From Candidatus Falkowbacteria bacterium (GTDB lineage Bacteria; Patescibacteriota; Patescibacteriia; Patescibacteriales; UBA12465), in assembly GCA_037137655.1 (NCBI GenBank), contig JBAXJX010000002.1, forward strand, positions 293,730 through 357,729: 64,000 nt of DNA, read 5' to 3'. Shown here in pieces: positions 8,669 through 18,381 of this stretch. Both the position numbers and the translations under genes were made by a program. The number at the start of each line of letters is the position of its first letter. The stretch's first letter is position 1. The notes below the pieces were generated by a model that saw only the letters and a program-made list of their open reading frames with translations, was not told where the DNA came from and did not search any database.

Positions 8669-10501
8669 TTAGTAGACTGGAGCTTCATAACTGGCAATTT
8701 GGCCATCGTTATCAAATTCAAAGTTGCGAACCTCATGTTCTTGTTTTTCAAAGGCTACCATTTCCTTGTTGAAGTTGTTCATGAATTTTTGATCTTCCAT
8801 GCTCAACTTGTCTGGACTGATTTTTTCTAATTTAGCCATTTTAGCAACCACGGCGTGATTAGCCTTGTTCATTAGATCTTGTGCTTTTTCTAATAGATTA
8901 TCAACGGAGATTTCTACAACGCGATTATTTTCATCAAGACCCATTAATAATTTTACTTCTACGCCAGTTTTGGTTGATAGATCTTTAATTGCCTTTAAAC
9001 TGGCAACGCTAACATCTTGAATGGCCTCATCGGTGGCAACTACTAAAACTTGTTTGCCCTCTACTTTTTGACCATGATTAGCTTCTAGAATTTTTTCCAA
9101 AGCGGAAACTGTAGAGCTTAACATTTTTTCGTGAGCATAACCTAGGTTATGCTCAGCTTTAATTTTGTGGCAAGCATCTTTTAGATCACTAGCGTCTTCC
9201 ATGCTGTGTAAGGCGTCGGAGAAGAAACCGATGGCATATTTAGTTGGACTTTTAACATCCTGAATATTTTTTTCAATGTTGTCCGCAATATAATCTTTAG
9301 AATCAAACATGGAACCACTTTTATCAATTAACATTGTGACTTTATCGTAATGTTGTCCAGCTTGAGTTAGGGTAGTTGGATATTCACCAACACCTTCTAA
9401 ATTTAATTTAGTGTAGCGGCATTCTTTTAATAAATCTTGATATTTATCAGGATTGTTAGCTTTGATAGCACTAATTTCGTCGGCGGTATAATGTTGACCA
9501 GTAGCTGGATTGTTTAAATCTGTAAGATAAGTAACTCCAGCTTCGTGGCCATTTCCGCCACTTGGAATTTTTTCTCCAAAAGCTTTGTCTTTTAAGGCTT
9601 TGATCTCAGTATTACTTAGGCCACTGTGAGAAAAATCAAATTTTTCCAAAGCAGTTTGTAGTAGTGGTTTAAGAGAATTAACACGATCATGAGTTAATTT
9701 TTCATTACCACCTTCAATTGGGATCGGTCGTTCATCGCTTGAACCTTCAATTGTCCAATTTGAGAAAGCAAATTGCTTATAATTATCATGATTAATTTTA
9801 GATAAGAAATCATGAAAAGTAGCTTCAATATTTTTTTGATTTTCCGGTGAGATTATGGCTTTGGCAGTTTCAAAGCTATTGCTTAAGTCAATCTTAAGTG
9901 GACCGTTGGCATACTCGTTGTGTTCACCGCTAAGTTTTGGTTCCCATTTGATAGTTTTACCATCAGCGCTTTTGTGAGCATCGGAAGCTTTAACCTCAAT
10001 TTTATTTGGGTTACTTTCTTTGCTAGTGTTGTTTTTGGCTTCACCGGCCATAGCTGGGACGGCGAATTTTAATGATAATAAGGCAAAGATAACAGCGGCC
10101 CGACCCATTTTACCACTTTTTTTCCAGGCTTCTTGGCCTTTTATAATAAAGCCGGCTTGATCATTATTTTTTCCACCATCCTTTAATAAAACGATTTCTT
10201 TTATACTATCGTTAAAATTTTCTAATAAATGGTTAGCATCGTGATCCAATTTAATATTGGCTAAAAAGTCTTCCCAGCTTTCACCGAGATTATTCATAAT
10301 TATTTTATCAAAGTCTTTGTCGCTTAAAGTTTCTAAATTTTCATCACCTAAAGCGTTTACCGCTTCTAGTAAAGAATTTAATCTTATACCGACTTCACTG
10401 ACCTTAGCTTCGATTGATGGTTTTTTTTCGGTAACATTGTCGATGCTAGGAGTAGCTTTTTCGGATTTATTCTCATTTTTTTTTAAAAAGTTCCATTCCA
10501 T
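8669..10501 (-). CDS. membrane-anchored protein with C-terminal von Willebrand factor A-like domain
   Basis: Single TM 'AAVIFALLSLKFAVPAMA' near aa 135-152. MIDAS-type motif 'MLIDKSGSMFDS' and later 'VLVVATDE'. The central segment 'SSDERPI..GNEKLTHDRVNSL' weakly resembles an OmpA-like motif. Confidence 0.6.
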   Translation of the reverse strand: MEWNFLKKNENKSEKATPSIDNVTEKKPSIEAKVSEVGIRLNSLLEAVNALGDENLETLSDKDFDKIIMNNLGESWEDFLANIKLDHDANHLLENFNDSIKEIVLLKDGGKNNDQAGFIIKGQEAWKKSGKMGRAAVIFALLSLKFAVPAMAGEAKNNTSKESNPNKIEVKASDAHKSADGKTIKWEPKLSGEHNEYANGPLKIDLSNSFETAKAIISPENQKNIEATFHDFLSKINHDNYKQFAFSNWTIEGSSDERPIPIEGGNEKLTHDRVNSLKPLLQTALEKFDFSHSGLSNTEIKALKDKAFGEKIPSGGNGHEAGVTYLTDLNNPATGQHYTADEISAIKANNPDKYQDLLKECRYTKLNLEGVGEYPTTLTQAGQHYDKVTMLIDKSGSMFDSKDYIADNIEKNIQDVKSPTKYAIGFFSDALHSMEDASDLKDACHKIKAEHNLGYAHEKMLSSTVSALEKILEANHGQKVEGKQVLVVATDEAIQDVSVASLKAIKDLSTKTGVEVKLLMGLDENNRVVEISVDNLLEKAQDLMNKANHAVVAKMAKLEKISPDKLSMEDQKFMNNFNKEMVAFEKQEHEVRNFEFDNDGQIASYEAPVY

Positions 10502-10518
10502 ATTTTTATTGATTTGCT

Positions 10519-10857
10519 TTATTGGTTTTTATGACCAAATAATTGCAAATACTTATTTATAAGTTCTTCTTTTGAATAGTTAATTTTAGAACAAATTTTA
10601 TCCATTAGCTCGGCTTGATCATTAACATCTTCAAGTTCGGTGATGAAATCCAAAGATTCTTTTTCAGGTAGGTTTGATAATAATAAACTAACATAAGTGT
10701 TGAAGGTGACATAAATTAAAGATTTAACTTGCAGTTGTCGATCAACAGTCTCAACTCCAGAGCTTAATAATTCTTTAATTTTTTCTTCTATCTCCGCGAA
10801 AATTGGATGATTAAAGGAGAAGAAGGGTATAAAGTTGTTTTTTGGGGAATTAGCCAT
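10519..10857 (-). CDS. hypothetical protein
   Basis: 112-aa ORF in an operon-like array between tmk and the vWA gene. No motif recognised. Confidence 0.6.
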   Translation of the reverse strand: MANSPKNNFIPFFSFNHPIFAEIEEKIKELLSSGVETVDRQLQVKSLIYVTFNTYVSLLLSNLPEKESLDFITELEDVNDQAELMDKICSKINYSKEELINKYLQLFGHKNQ

Positions 10858-10877
10858 ATTTTTATATTAATATTATA

Positions 10878-11573
10878 CTATTTTTTTATGATTTTGTCAA
10901 CTTCTTGCCAGACTTTTTCATGAATATCTTCACGACTCATGATTTCGTCATTTTTTGAACATTCGACTAAATTAAAGTCGGAAAACATCTCGCAGATTTC
11001 TAAATAAACTTCTTCGGCTTTTTTGAGATGATCAAGATTACTTTCATGAATATCGCCACTATTTTTGGTATATTCTGGTTTGCGCGCAATTGCATCTTGG
11101 TTTTGGGTTAATTTTTGGGAAATTTCCGCGGGAACATGAAGAATTAAAACAGCATCGGGGCGGGGAATGGCAAAAATATTATATTCTAAATCATGGAGCC
11201 AGTTAAAATAAATTTTTCTTTCAATAGTACTGTTAATTTTACCACCTTGGTGTGCCATGTTGGCGGCTACGTAACGATTAGATAGAACAATCTTGCCTTC
11301 GTCTAACCATTTTTTAATTTTAAAGCTAGCGTCGAAGCGATCAATCGCATAGAAAATAGAGGCGCGATAAGGACCAACTTCTTCAGCTTGACCATATTTA
11401 CCGCTTAAGTATTCTTCAATTGCCCCAGCTGATTTTTGGCCATATTGAGGGAAGTCAGCCATTTCAACGTCGTGCCCCATAAATTTTAAACGTTCAGCTA
11501 ATAATTTTAGCTGGGTAGTCTTGCCGGAACCATCAGTTCCGTCAATTACAATAAATTTTCCTTTGTGAGACAT
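10878..11573 (-). CDS. tmk: thymidylate (dTMP) kinase
   Basis: 'GKFIVIDGTDGSGKTTQLKLLAERL', 'SNRYVAANMAHQG'. Ends in TAG. Confidence 0.9.
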   Translation of the reverse strand: MSHKGKFIVIDGTDGSGKTTQLKLLAERLKFMGHDVEMADFPQYGQKSAGAIEEYLSGKYGQAEEVGPYRASIFYAIDRFDASFKIKKWLDEGKIVLSNRYVAANMAHQGGKINSTIERKIYFNWLHDLEYNIFAIPRPDAVLILHVPAEISQKLTQNQDAIARKPEYTKNSGDIHESNLDHLKKAEEVYLEICEMFSDFNLVECSKNDEIMSREDIHEKVWQEVDKIIKK

Positions 11574-11578
11574 AATAT

Positions 11579-11908
11579 TTAGCGATTATCGCCGTTACCG
11601 TGAAGTACGCCACGTTCCATGCGAGAATATAGTTTATTGATATTATTTTGGGCAATATCATCGAGTTCTAATTTAAATTCACTGGCTAGTTGAGATAAAT
11701 ACCACAAAACATCGCCTAATTCTTTAGCAATTTCTTGGCGATCTTCTTCGCTGACAATGCCATTTTTATCACGCAACACCTTTTTAATTTTCTCTGCTAC
11801 TTCACCGGCTTCACCATTCAATCCTAATACTGGATAAATATAATTGTTGCCTTGGTTTGGGTAAAGGGCGGTAACACGAGATTTTTCTTGATATTCTTTA
11901 AGTGTCAT
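11579..11908 (-). CDS. small MazG-family (all-alpha) nucleoside triphosphate pyrophosphohydrolase
   Basis: 109 aa with 'LGLNGEAGEVAEKIKK' and 'ELGDVLWYLSQLA', the EExxE/D metal-binding helices of MazG / dCTPase-dUTPase-like enzymes. Confidence 0.8.
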   Translation of the reverse strand: MTLKEYQEKSRVTALYPNQGNNYIYPVLGLNGEAGEVAEKIKKVLRDKNGIVSEEDRQEIAKELGDVLWYLSQLASEFKLELDDIAQNNINKLYSRMERGVLHGNGDNR

Positions 11909-11912
11909 AGGT

Positions 11913-12500
11913 TTAGAGAGGGTAGTTATAATCAGTTTTAATTTTATTTATAACTTTATCAATATTTCTTTCTAGTTCTATAATAGTATCTTCATTGTAG
12001 ATTTCCATTTCAGCTTTAGCCATCACACGAGGAATTTCCATTTCCGCTTCCGCCTTTTCATCATTTAAAAAGTCGTCAAATGTTTTTTCATTATCACCTT
12101 TATTTTCATTGCGGAAAACTACTCGTAAAAAACGTAATTTTTCCTCCGCGACAATTCGAATTAAAATAAAACCGTGAATCTTACGTAAATATTTAATGTC
12201 GTTTAAGCGACGGATACCATCAATAATTACGATATCATGTTTATCGTTAACAATATCTTTGGCAATGGCTTTAGCTAGTAAATCATCACCGAAGGTAGTT
12301 CGAAGTGCGAGTGATATTTTTTGGAGATTTTCGCGGCCAGTTTCCACATCTAAGCGATTTAAAACGTCACGCAAAATAGTGGAGAAACGATAATCAGCTG
12401 CACGGTCGCCGTACTTGCTCATGATGTATTTTTTAGTTATACCTTTGCCACAGGCGATCTTGCCGGTTAAACCGATGATGATTTTTTTTGGAACTGCCAT
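11913..12500 (-). CDS. P-loop nucleoside/nucleotide kinase-like protein (UPF0200 / dNMP-kinase-like)
   Basis: Walker A 'IIGLTGKIACGKG', 'VIIDGIRRLNDIKYLR', typical of small adenylate/dephospho-CoA-kinase-like proteins. Substrate unknown. Confidence 0.6.
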   Translation of the reverse strand: MAVPKKIIIGLTGKIACGKGITKKYIMSKYGDRAADYRFSTILRDVLNRLDVETGRENLQKISLALRTTFGDDLLAKAIAKDIVNDKHDIVIIDGIRRLNDIKYLRKIHGFILIRIVAEEKLRFLRVVFRNENKGDNEKTFDDFLNDEKAEAEMEIPRVMAKAEMEIYNEDTIIELERNIDKVINKIKTDYNYPL

Positions 12501-12507
12501 AGTTATT

Positions 12508-13038
12508 TTAATTATTTTTTAAAACTTTGTATTTTAACATGACGCTATTGTCGCCAATTTTTTCGGCGGCTAATAATTCTAAATTAATATCAAAGTCAGT
12601 GTTAAAAAGGGATAGACCGGCGCCAAATATTTTTGGTTCAACCGTTAAAATTATTTCATCAATTAAATTATTTTTTAAAAACAGGGAATTCATAAATGAT
12701 CCACCACCAAGCAACGCTTTTTTATATCCCATAGCTTCTAATTCTTTTAAAACATCGGCTGGATCACCTTTAACCCATTTAACTCCCGTAATTTCTTCAA
12801 GATCGGTTTTTTCCGAGAAAACAACGTTAAGACGATCTTTGAGTGGTGATGGAAAAGTGCGAAAGGTAGTTTCACCCATCATAATCATGCCAAAATCACG
12901 TGAGGTTTGCACGAATAATTGTTTGTCAGCTCGACTCGTCCAATTGGCTAATTGGTTTTTGTCCTTGGCTATTTTGCCGTCAGCCGTGATGGCCATGATC
13001 ATTGTTACTGGAATCATAATTTTATAAAAATAGACCAC
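12508..13038 (-). CDS. dihydrofolate reductase-like protein (RibD C-terminal domain family)
   Basis: 'AITADGKIA', 'LLGGGSFMNSLFLKNNLIDEIILTVEPKIFG'. Sits immediately downstream of thyA. The real start may be an internal Met (MIPV.. or MIMAIT..). Confidence 0.75.
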   Translation of the reverse strand: MVYFYKIMIPVTMIMAITADGKIAKDKNQLANWTSRADKQLFVQTSRDFGMIMMGETTFRTFPSPLKDRLNVVFSEKTDLEEITGVKWVKGDPADVLKELEAMGYKKALLGGGSFMNSLFLKNNLIDEIILTVEPKIFGAGLSLFNTDFDINLELLAAEKIGDNSVMLKYKVLKNN

Positions 13039-13061
13039 TAATGTTTGGTGGTCTATTCAGT

Positions 13062-13859
13062 TTATACAGCAATAGGTGCTGAAATGTTTGGTTCTGGATC
13101 GTAACCCTCTAAGTTAAAATCTTCATACTTAAAAGCGAAGATATCTTTAACTTCTGGATTAATAATCATTTTTGGTAAAGCCTTTGGTGTGCGGGATAAT
13201 TGTAATTCTACCTGTTCGTGATGATTATTGTAAATATGAACATCACCAAAAGTGTGAACAAAGTCACCTAGTTTTAAATCGCAAACTTGGGCCACCATCA
13301 TAGTTAATAAAGCGTAAGACGCAATATTAAATGGAACACCTAAAAATAAATCCGCACTGCGTTGATAGAGCTGGCAAGATAAACGGTTATCAGCATCGAC
13401 ATAAAATTGGAAAATAGTATGACATGGTGGTAGAGCCATTTTATCAATAAATTCAACGTTCCAAGCACTAACGATTAAACGACGTGAGCTCGGATTTTTT
13501 TTGATCATTTCGATTAGATTTTTTATTTGATCAATATGACCGCCATCAGAAGTTGGCCAAGAACGCCATTGATAACCATAAACTGGTCCAAGATTTCCGT
13601 CTTCATCAGCCCATTCGTCCCAGATATGAACATTATTGTCAGATAGGTATTTGATATTAGTGCTGCCTTGTAAAAACCAAAGCAGTTCATGAATAACACC
13701 TCTTAGAAAAATCTTTTTTGTGGTTAATAAGGGGAAGCCTTCATTTAAATCATAACGATTTTGGTAGCCGAAGATACTACGGGTGCCAGTACCGGTGCGG
13801 TCTTCTTTACCTTTGCCGTTTTGGTATACGTGTTGGAGTAGGTCTAGATACTGTTTCAT
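13062..13859 (-). CDS. thyA: thymidylate synthase ThyA
   Basis: '[11 protein letters not shown]', '[12 protein letters not shown]', '[12 protein letters not shown]', '[21 protein letters not shown]'. Confidence 0.97.
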   Translation of the reverse strand: MKQYLDLLQHVYQNGKGKEDRTGTGTRSIFGYQNRYDLNEGFPLLTTKKIFLRGVIHELLWFLQGSTNIKYLSDNNVHIWDEWADEDGNLGPVYGYQWRSWPTSDGGHIDQIKNLIEMIKKNPSSRRLIVSAWNVEFIDKMALPPCHTIFQFYVDADNRLSCQLYQRSADLFLGVPFNIASYALLTMMVAQVCDLKLGDFVHTFGDVHIYNNHHEQVELQLSRTPKALPKMIINPEVKDIFAFKYEDFNLEGYDPEPNISAPIAV

Positions 13860-13942
13860 AAGCGTGGATTTATAAGGTTTATATATGTTTTTAAGTTACT
13901 GCCATAAACTTAGGCCTGTAACCCAAAAAAGTCAAGTAATTA

Positions 13943-14434
13943 TTATTGATTTTTATAAGTAACCATTTCATCGCTAATTAGGTCGAATTCGACGCCAGCT
14001 TCGATAAAAATTTCTTTTGATCTGGCTCCAGCATGATAATCTTGAGCACAAACCACACGCTTGATACCAGCATTAATAATCATTTTAGCGCAAACGTAGC
14101 ACGGAGTCATTTTACAGTATAAAGTTGCACCTTCTAGAGAAATGCCAAAACGAGCGGCTTGGCAAATAGCATTTTGTTCAGCATGAGTGGTACGAATACA
14201 ATGATTTGATTCGCTGCCATCACTGTGCACGACAGTGTGCATTTCATGTCCAACTTCATCACAATGTTTTAATCCAACCGGAGAGCCGGCATAACCGGTA
14301 CAAACAATTCTTTTGTCGTGGGCAATAACACAGCCAGCGCGACCGCGATCGCAAGTACCACGACTACCAACCACTTCAGTTATCTTCAAAAAGTATTCAT
14401 CCCAAGTTGGGCGAAGGTATTTTTCAGTTTCCAT
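13943..14434 (-). CDS. dCMP deaminase (ComEB-type cytidine/deoxycytidylate deaminase)
   Basis: Zinc motifs 'HAEQNAI' and 'PCYVCAKMI'. 163 aa. Confidence 0.9.
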   Translation of the reverse strand: METEKYLRPTWDEYFLKITEVVGSRGTCDRGRAGCVIAHDKRIVCTGYAGSPVGLKHCDEVGHEMHTVVHSDGSESNHCIRTTHAEQNAICQAARFGISLEGATLYCKMTPCYVCAKMIINAGIKRVVCAQDYHAGARSKEIFIEAGVEFDLISDEMVTYKNQ

Positions 14435-14518
14435 AGAGGCTAAAATTTATTTATAAGTTATTATTATTTTAGCAAAAATTAGCTTATCTTTCAATATTGA
14501 CTTTTTTTAATTTTATGG

Positions 14519-14803
14519 TTGGGCTATAATGATTCTATGATTGAACAATGGCAAAAAATATTGGCAGATAAAGGCGAACTTTACTTAAGAGTTAAGGTGC
14601 GCCCCGGTGCTAATATTAGTGAAATTAAAGGAACCATGGCTGATGAAACTGTTAAAATTGATATCAAGGCAGCACCGGAAGGTGGTCGGGCTAACCGAGA
14701 ATTGATAAATTTCTTGGCCAAAGAACTAGGACTTGCCCCGGATAATGTAAAAATCATCGTTGGTGCTGGCGAAAGAATAAAATTAGTGAAAATAAAAAAA
14801 TAA
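14519..14803 (+). CDS. DUF167 (YggU/UPF0235) family protein
   Basis: 'LYLRVKVRPGANISEIKG', 'VKIDIKAAPEGGRANRELINFLAKELG', 'VKIIVGAGERIKLVKI'. TTG at 14519; in-frame ATG at 14537 is an equally plausible start. Confidence 0.8.
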   Translation: MGYNDSMIEQWQKILADKGELYLRVKVRPGANISEIKGTMADETVKIDIKAAPEGGRANRELINFLAKELGLAPDNVKIIVGAGERIKLVKIKK

Positions 14804-14807
14804 ATTC

Positions 14808-15647
14808 ATGGACTTATCGGTAATTATTGTTTCTTGGAATGTGCGCGAGAAACTAAAAAATAATTTACAATCATTATTCGCTTCTAGTGGAAAATTATCC
14901 ATGGAAGTTTTTGTGGTAGATAATAATTCGGCCGATGGCACAGCGGCCATGGTAGCGGCACAATTTCCCCAGGTAAAATTAATTGCCAATAATGTTAATC
15001 TTGGTTTTGCTAAGGCGAATAATTTAGCGATTAAACAAGCGCAAGGCGATTTTATTTTGTTGCTTAATCCGGATATGCAATTGGCGCCCGATACTTTAAT
15101 TAAGAGTTTGGAATGGGCTAAAAATAATAGTCAGGCCACAGTTTCTTCTTGCCGCTTAGTGGATGAAAAAAATAATAATATAAAACCCGTGCGCCGCTTT
15201 CCGCGACTTTATGATCAATTAGCGATTGTCTTAAAGATTCCGCACTTTTTTCCTTTTGTTTTGAACGGCTATCTGCAAAATAAGTTTGATTATGCGATGG
15301 CCAGTAAAGTTGATTCAATTCGCGGGGCTTTTTTCTTGATTAATTCCGCTGCTTATCAAAAAATTTCCAATGGGAAATTGCCATTGCTCGATGAACGTTA
15401 TTTTTTATGGTTCGAGGAGGTTGATTTTTGTCGCGAAGTCTATAAAATGGGTGGGGAAGTTTGGTATACGCCGGTTGCCGTTTGCACGGATTATGTCGGC
15501 GCTAGTTTTTCCCAGGTAAAACGTGGCCAAACGCAACAATATTTCCGTGATTCAATGCTTAGTTATTTTCAAAAATGGGAAGCACCTTGGAAATATCAAA
15601 TTTTAAAATTGGCTTGGCGAATAATATTTTTATGTCTAAAAAAGTAG
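14808..15647 (+). CDS. family 2 glycosyltransferase
   Basis: 'LSVIIVSWNVREKL', 'VVDNNSADGT', 'NLGFAKANN', 'LLNPDMQL' (DxD-type). Confidence 0.85.
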   Translation: MDLSVIIVSWNVREKLKNNLQSLFASSGKLSMEVFVVDNNSADGTAAMVAAQFPQVKLIANNVNLGFAKANNLAIKQAQGDFILLLNPDMQLAPDTLIKSLEWAKNNSQATVSSCRLVDEKNNNIKPVRRFPRLYDQLAIVLKIPHFFPFVLNGYLQNKFDYAMASKVDSIRGAFFLINSAAYQKISNGKLPLLDERYFLWFEEVDFCREVYKMGGEVWYTPVAVCTDYVGASFSQVKRGQTQQYFRDSMLSYFQKWEAPWKYQILKLAWRIIFLCLKK

Positions 15648-16693
15648 CAATAATTTTAATTAATTATAAAGAATATGCGAACCGTTTTTTGCCGGACTGC
15701 ATCGTTTCTTTGCGTGCTCAGGATTATGTTGGAGAAACGGAAATTTTTATCGTCGATAATGCCAGCAGTGATGAATCCTATAATTTTTTAAAAGCGACCG
15801 CACCCGAAGCGCAGATTATTTGTAATAAAAATAATGATGGTTTTGCGAAAGGGAATAATGACGCTATCAATTTAGCTTTGGCACTAAACTTTGAATATAT
15901 TATTTTGTTTAATATGGATACGATTGTGGCGCCAAACGCGGTGTCAGAAATGGCTAAAGCGGCGGAAAGTTCAGAGCGAATTGGCTCGGTCCAGGCGCGG
16001 TTAATGTTGCATCCGGAAACGACAAAAGTTAATAGTCTTGGTAATTCAACTCATTTTTTAGGCTTTGGTTATTGTGAGGGTTATAATGATATTTACAAAG
16101 AAGGCGATGATAGCTTGAAAGAAATTTTTTATCCCTCCGGTGCGGCCGTTTTGTTTAAGGCCGCGACTTTGCGCGCGGTGGGTGTTTTTGATGAAAGCTT
16201 ATGGATGTATAATGAAGATCAAGATTTGGGTTGGCGCATTTGGTTAAAAAATTATACTTGTGTCATGGCGCCTCGTGCCGTGGTTTACCATAAATATGAA
16301 TTTGGCCGTTCCATCTCAAAATATTATTGGATGGACAGAAATCGGATGATCGTGATGTTAAAAAATTACAGTTGTTTAACTTTAATTTTAATTTTTCCAG
16401 CCTTATTGGTAATGGAAATTGGTTTATTTATTTTTTCTTTGCAAAATGGTTGGTTTAAGGAAAAATTAAAAGTTTGGGGCTATTTTCTAAACTTAAAAAA
16501 TTGGCAACGAATTATTAGGGAAAGAAGAAAAATCCAACGGAATCGAAAGTTAAAAGAAAGCGAAATTTTAAAAATGATTAGCGCCAAAATTTGGTATCAA
16601 GAGGTCGGTAGCAATAAGTTGCGTGTTGCTAATATTTTTTTTAGTGTATATTGGAATGTAGTGAGGTTTATTTTAAAAATTGCCCGAGCTTAA
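15632..16693 (+). CDS. family 2 glycosyltransferase with C-terminal TM region
   Basis: 'VAIILINYKEYANRF', 'IVDNASSDES', 'NDGFAKGNN', 'LFNMDT'. I prefer the ATG at 15632 (MSKKVAII), which overlaps the previous gene by 16 nt, over the ORF-track start at 15575. Confidence 0.85.
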   Translation: MSKKVAIILINYKEYANRFLPDCIVSLRAQDYVGETEIFIVDNASSDESYNFLKATAPEAQIICNKNNDGFAKGNNDAINLALALNFEYIILFNMDTIVAPNAVSEMAKAAESSERIGSVQARLMLHPETTKVNSLGNSTHFLGFGYCEGYNDIYKEGDDSLKEIFYPSGAAVLFKAATLRAVGVFDESLWMYNEDQDLGWRIWLKNYTCVMAPRAVVYHKYEFGRSISKYYWMDRNRMIVMLKNYSCLTLILIFPALLVMEIGLFIFSLQNGWFKEKLKVWGYFLNLKNWQRIIRERRKIQRNRKLKESEILKMISAKIWYQEVGSNKLRVANIFFSVYWNVVRFILKIARA

Positions 16694-16694
16694 T

Positions 16695-17477
16695 ATGGAC
16701 TTATCAATTATAATAGTTAACTATAAAAATAAAGTAAAAATCACCAAATGCTTGGCGGCGCTTTATGAATCGGATTTAAGCAATTTAAATTTTGAAGTTT
16801 TTGTGGTGGATAATAATTCGGGCGATGATTTATCGTCTTTAGCTTTTTATCCTAATTTAACCATTGTTAATTCTGATAAAAATTTAGGTATGGGCGGTGG
16901 TAATAATTTGGGACTGGAAAAATCCAGCGGCGAATTTGTATTGATTTTAAATCCAGATGCCTATGTTTCACATGATGCTATTAAAATTTTATGGCAGTAT
17001 ATAAAAGATAATAATGACGTGGCGGTAGTTGGGCCAAAACTTTTAAATTCGGATGGGAGTTTGCAAAATTCTTGCGCCCAGTTTCCGCGCGTGTATATGC
17101 CAATTTTACGCCGCACTTTTTTAGGTGATTATTTTAAAAAAATCCGTGACAACTTTATGATGACGGATTTTAACCATGATGAAATTGCCAGTGTTGATTG
17201 GTTGATGGGTTCGTGTTTAATGATTCGCCGCGATATCTGGTCGGGTTTTGATGAACGCTTTTTTATGTATTTTGAGGATGTTGATGTTTGTCGCACTTTC
17301 CGTGCTATGGGCAAAAAAGTTGTTTATAATCCCAGCGCAATTGTTGTTCATGATCATGAACGGGCTAGCGCTAAATATCCATGGTATCAAGCGATTTTTC
17401 GTGACGCCTTGGCCCGTGAACATATAAAATCATGGGTAAAATATTTTTGGAAGTGGCGCACTAAGAAAATTATTTAA
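16695..17477 (+). CDS. family 2 glycosyltransferase
   Basis: 'LSIIIVNYKNKVKI', 'VVDNNSGDD', 'NLGMGGGNN', 'ILNPDAYV', 'FMYFEDVDVC'. The ATG at 16695 follows the previous TAA by 1 nt. Confidence 0.85.
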   Translation: MDLSIIIVNYKNKVKITKCLAALYESDLSNLNFEVFVVDNNSGDDLSSLAFYPNLTIVNSDKNLGMGGGNNLGLEKSSGEFVLILNPDAYVSHDAIKILWQYIKDNNDVAVVGPKLLNSDGSLQNSCAQFPRVYMPILRRTFLGDYFKKIRDNFMMTDFNHDEIASVDWLMGSCLMIRRDIWSGFDERFFMYFEDVDVCRTFRAMGKKVVYNPSAIVVHDHERASAKYPWYQAIFRDALAREHIKSWVKYFWKWRTKKII

Positions 17478-18378
17478 TAAATAATTTATATAAGGCTTCT
17501 TGTTGACCTAGTTTAGCAGTGAAGTAAAGAGTATCGCCAGCGGCATTTAAAACCGGTGGCATTATTTTTTCTAGAGATATAAGACGTGTAAACTGGCGCT
17601 CGCCATTTAGGTTTACAATGTTGATATTTTTTTCGGTGGAGTAAATGAGATAGTTGTCTTTTTGCCAAATGATACCGGTTAGAGCCTCGCTACTTCGCGC
17701 TACCAAGGCTTTTTGATTTTGATTAATGTCAAAATGCCACACGGAAAAATCATCGGCGTATAAAAATTCGTTGGAATTAATCGGACTATAATATTTAATA
17801 CTTTTAAATTTATCTTGAACAATATCCGGAACATTAATAAGCGGATTTGAAGTTAGAAGAACATTTTCTTCTAACTCACTTTTTAGGTTTATTATTTTTT
17901 TGTCCGCATTTAAAATTAAATGGTTGCCATCACTCGTTAGCTCGATGTTTTGTAATTTAGCATCTAACACTTTAAGCGGTAAATTTTGTCGAAATAGGTA
18001 AATATTTTCTAGATAAGTTGTTTCACCTGGATAAACATTAATAGTTTTGATAATTGGCCAATAGCCCTCGAGTTCAATTTTAACTTCATAGTTTCCCGGT
18101 AAAACACTCTTTAATTTTGCAGGTGTTTTAAATTCTTTACCAGTAATCGACGGGTCGGTCACGATTCGTTGGGGGGTTTTATCAATAATTTGCACATTAG
18201 CATTGCTTGGCTCACTGCCAAGAAAAATTGCCCCATTTTTTTGTAGAAGTTGGTTGAATTGTAATGGCCAAGTTAGGTTTAGGCGATAACCGGCAGCGTA
18301 AAGAAAAATAAAAAAAGTCGTAATAAAAAATATTACTACAAAGCTCCAAAAAATATAACGACGGTGACGATGAGTCAT
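17470..18378 (-). CDS. membrane-anchored PEGA-domain protein
   Basis: N-terminal TM 'YIFWSFVVIFFITTFFIFLYAAG', then a PEGA-like segment 'SNANVQIIDK..TPAKLKSVLPGNYEVKIELEGYWP'. Its stop overlaps the convergent GT2 gene by 8 nt. Confidence 0.65.
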   Translation of the reverse strand: MTHRHRRYIFWSFVVIFFITTFFIFLYAAGYRLNLTWPLQFNQLLQKNGAIFLGSEPSNANVQIIDKTPQRIVTDPSITGKEFKTPAKLKSVLPGNYEVKIELEGYWPIIKTINVYPGETTYLENIYLFRQNLPLKVLDAKLQNIELTSDGNHLILNADKKIINLKSELEENVLLTSNPLINVPDIVQDKFKSIKYYSPINSNEFLYADDFSVWHFDINQNQKALVARSSEALTGIIWQKDNYLIYSTEKNINIVNLNGERQFTRLISLEKIMPPVLNAAGDTLYFTAKLGQQEALYKLFIK

Positions 18379-18381
18379 AGT

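Noticed and set aside
12527-13027. 166-aa ORF antisense to the DHFR-like gene
   Set aside because: It fully overlaps a CDS with recognisable RibD_C/DHFR motifs on the other strand and has no features of its own.
17470-17477. Convergent gene overlaps (17470-17477 and the shared TTAA at 44497-44500)
   Set aside because: They are real in the sequence. They are most simply explained by genome compaction in an AT-rich genome where TAA/TTA stop codons overlap easily, and there is no evidence of regulatory meaning.
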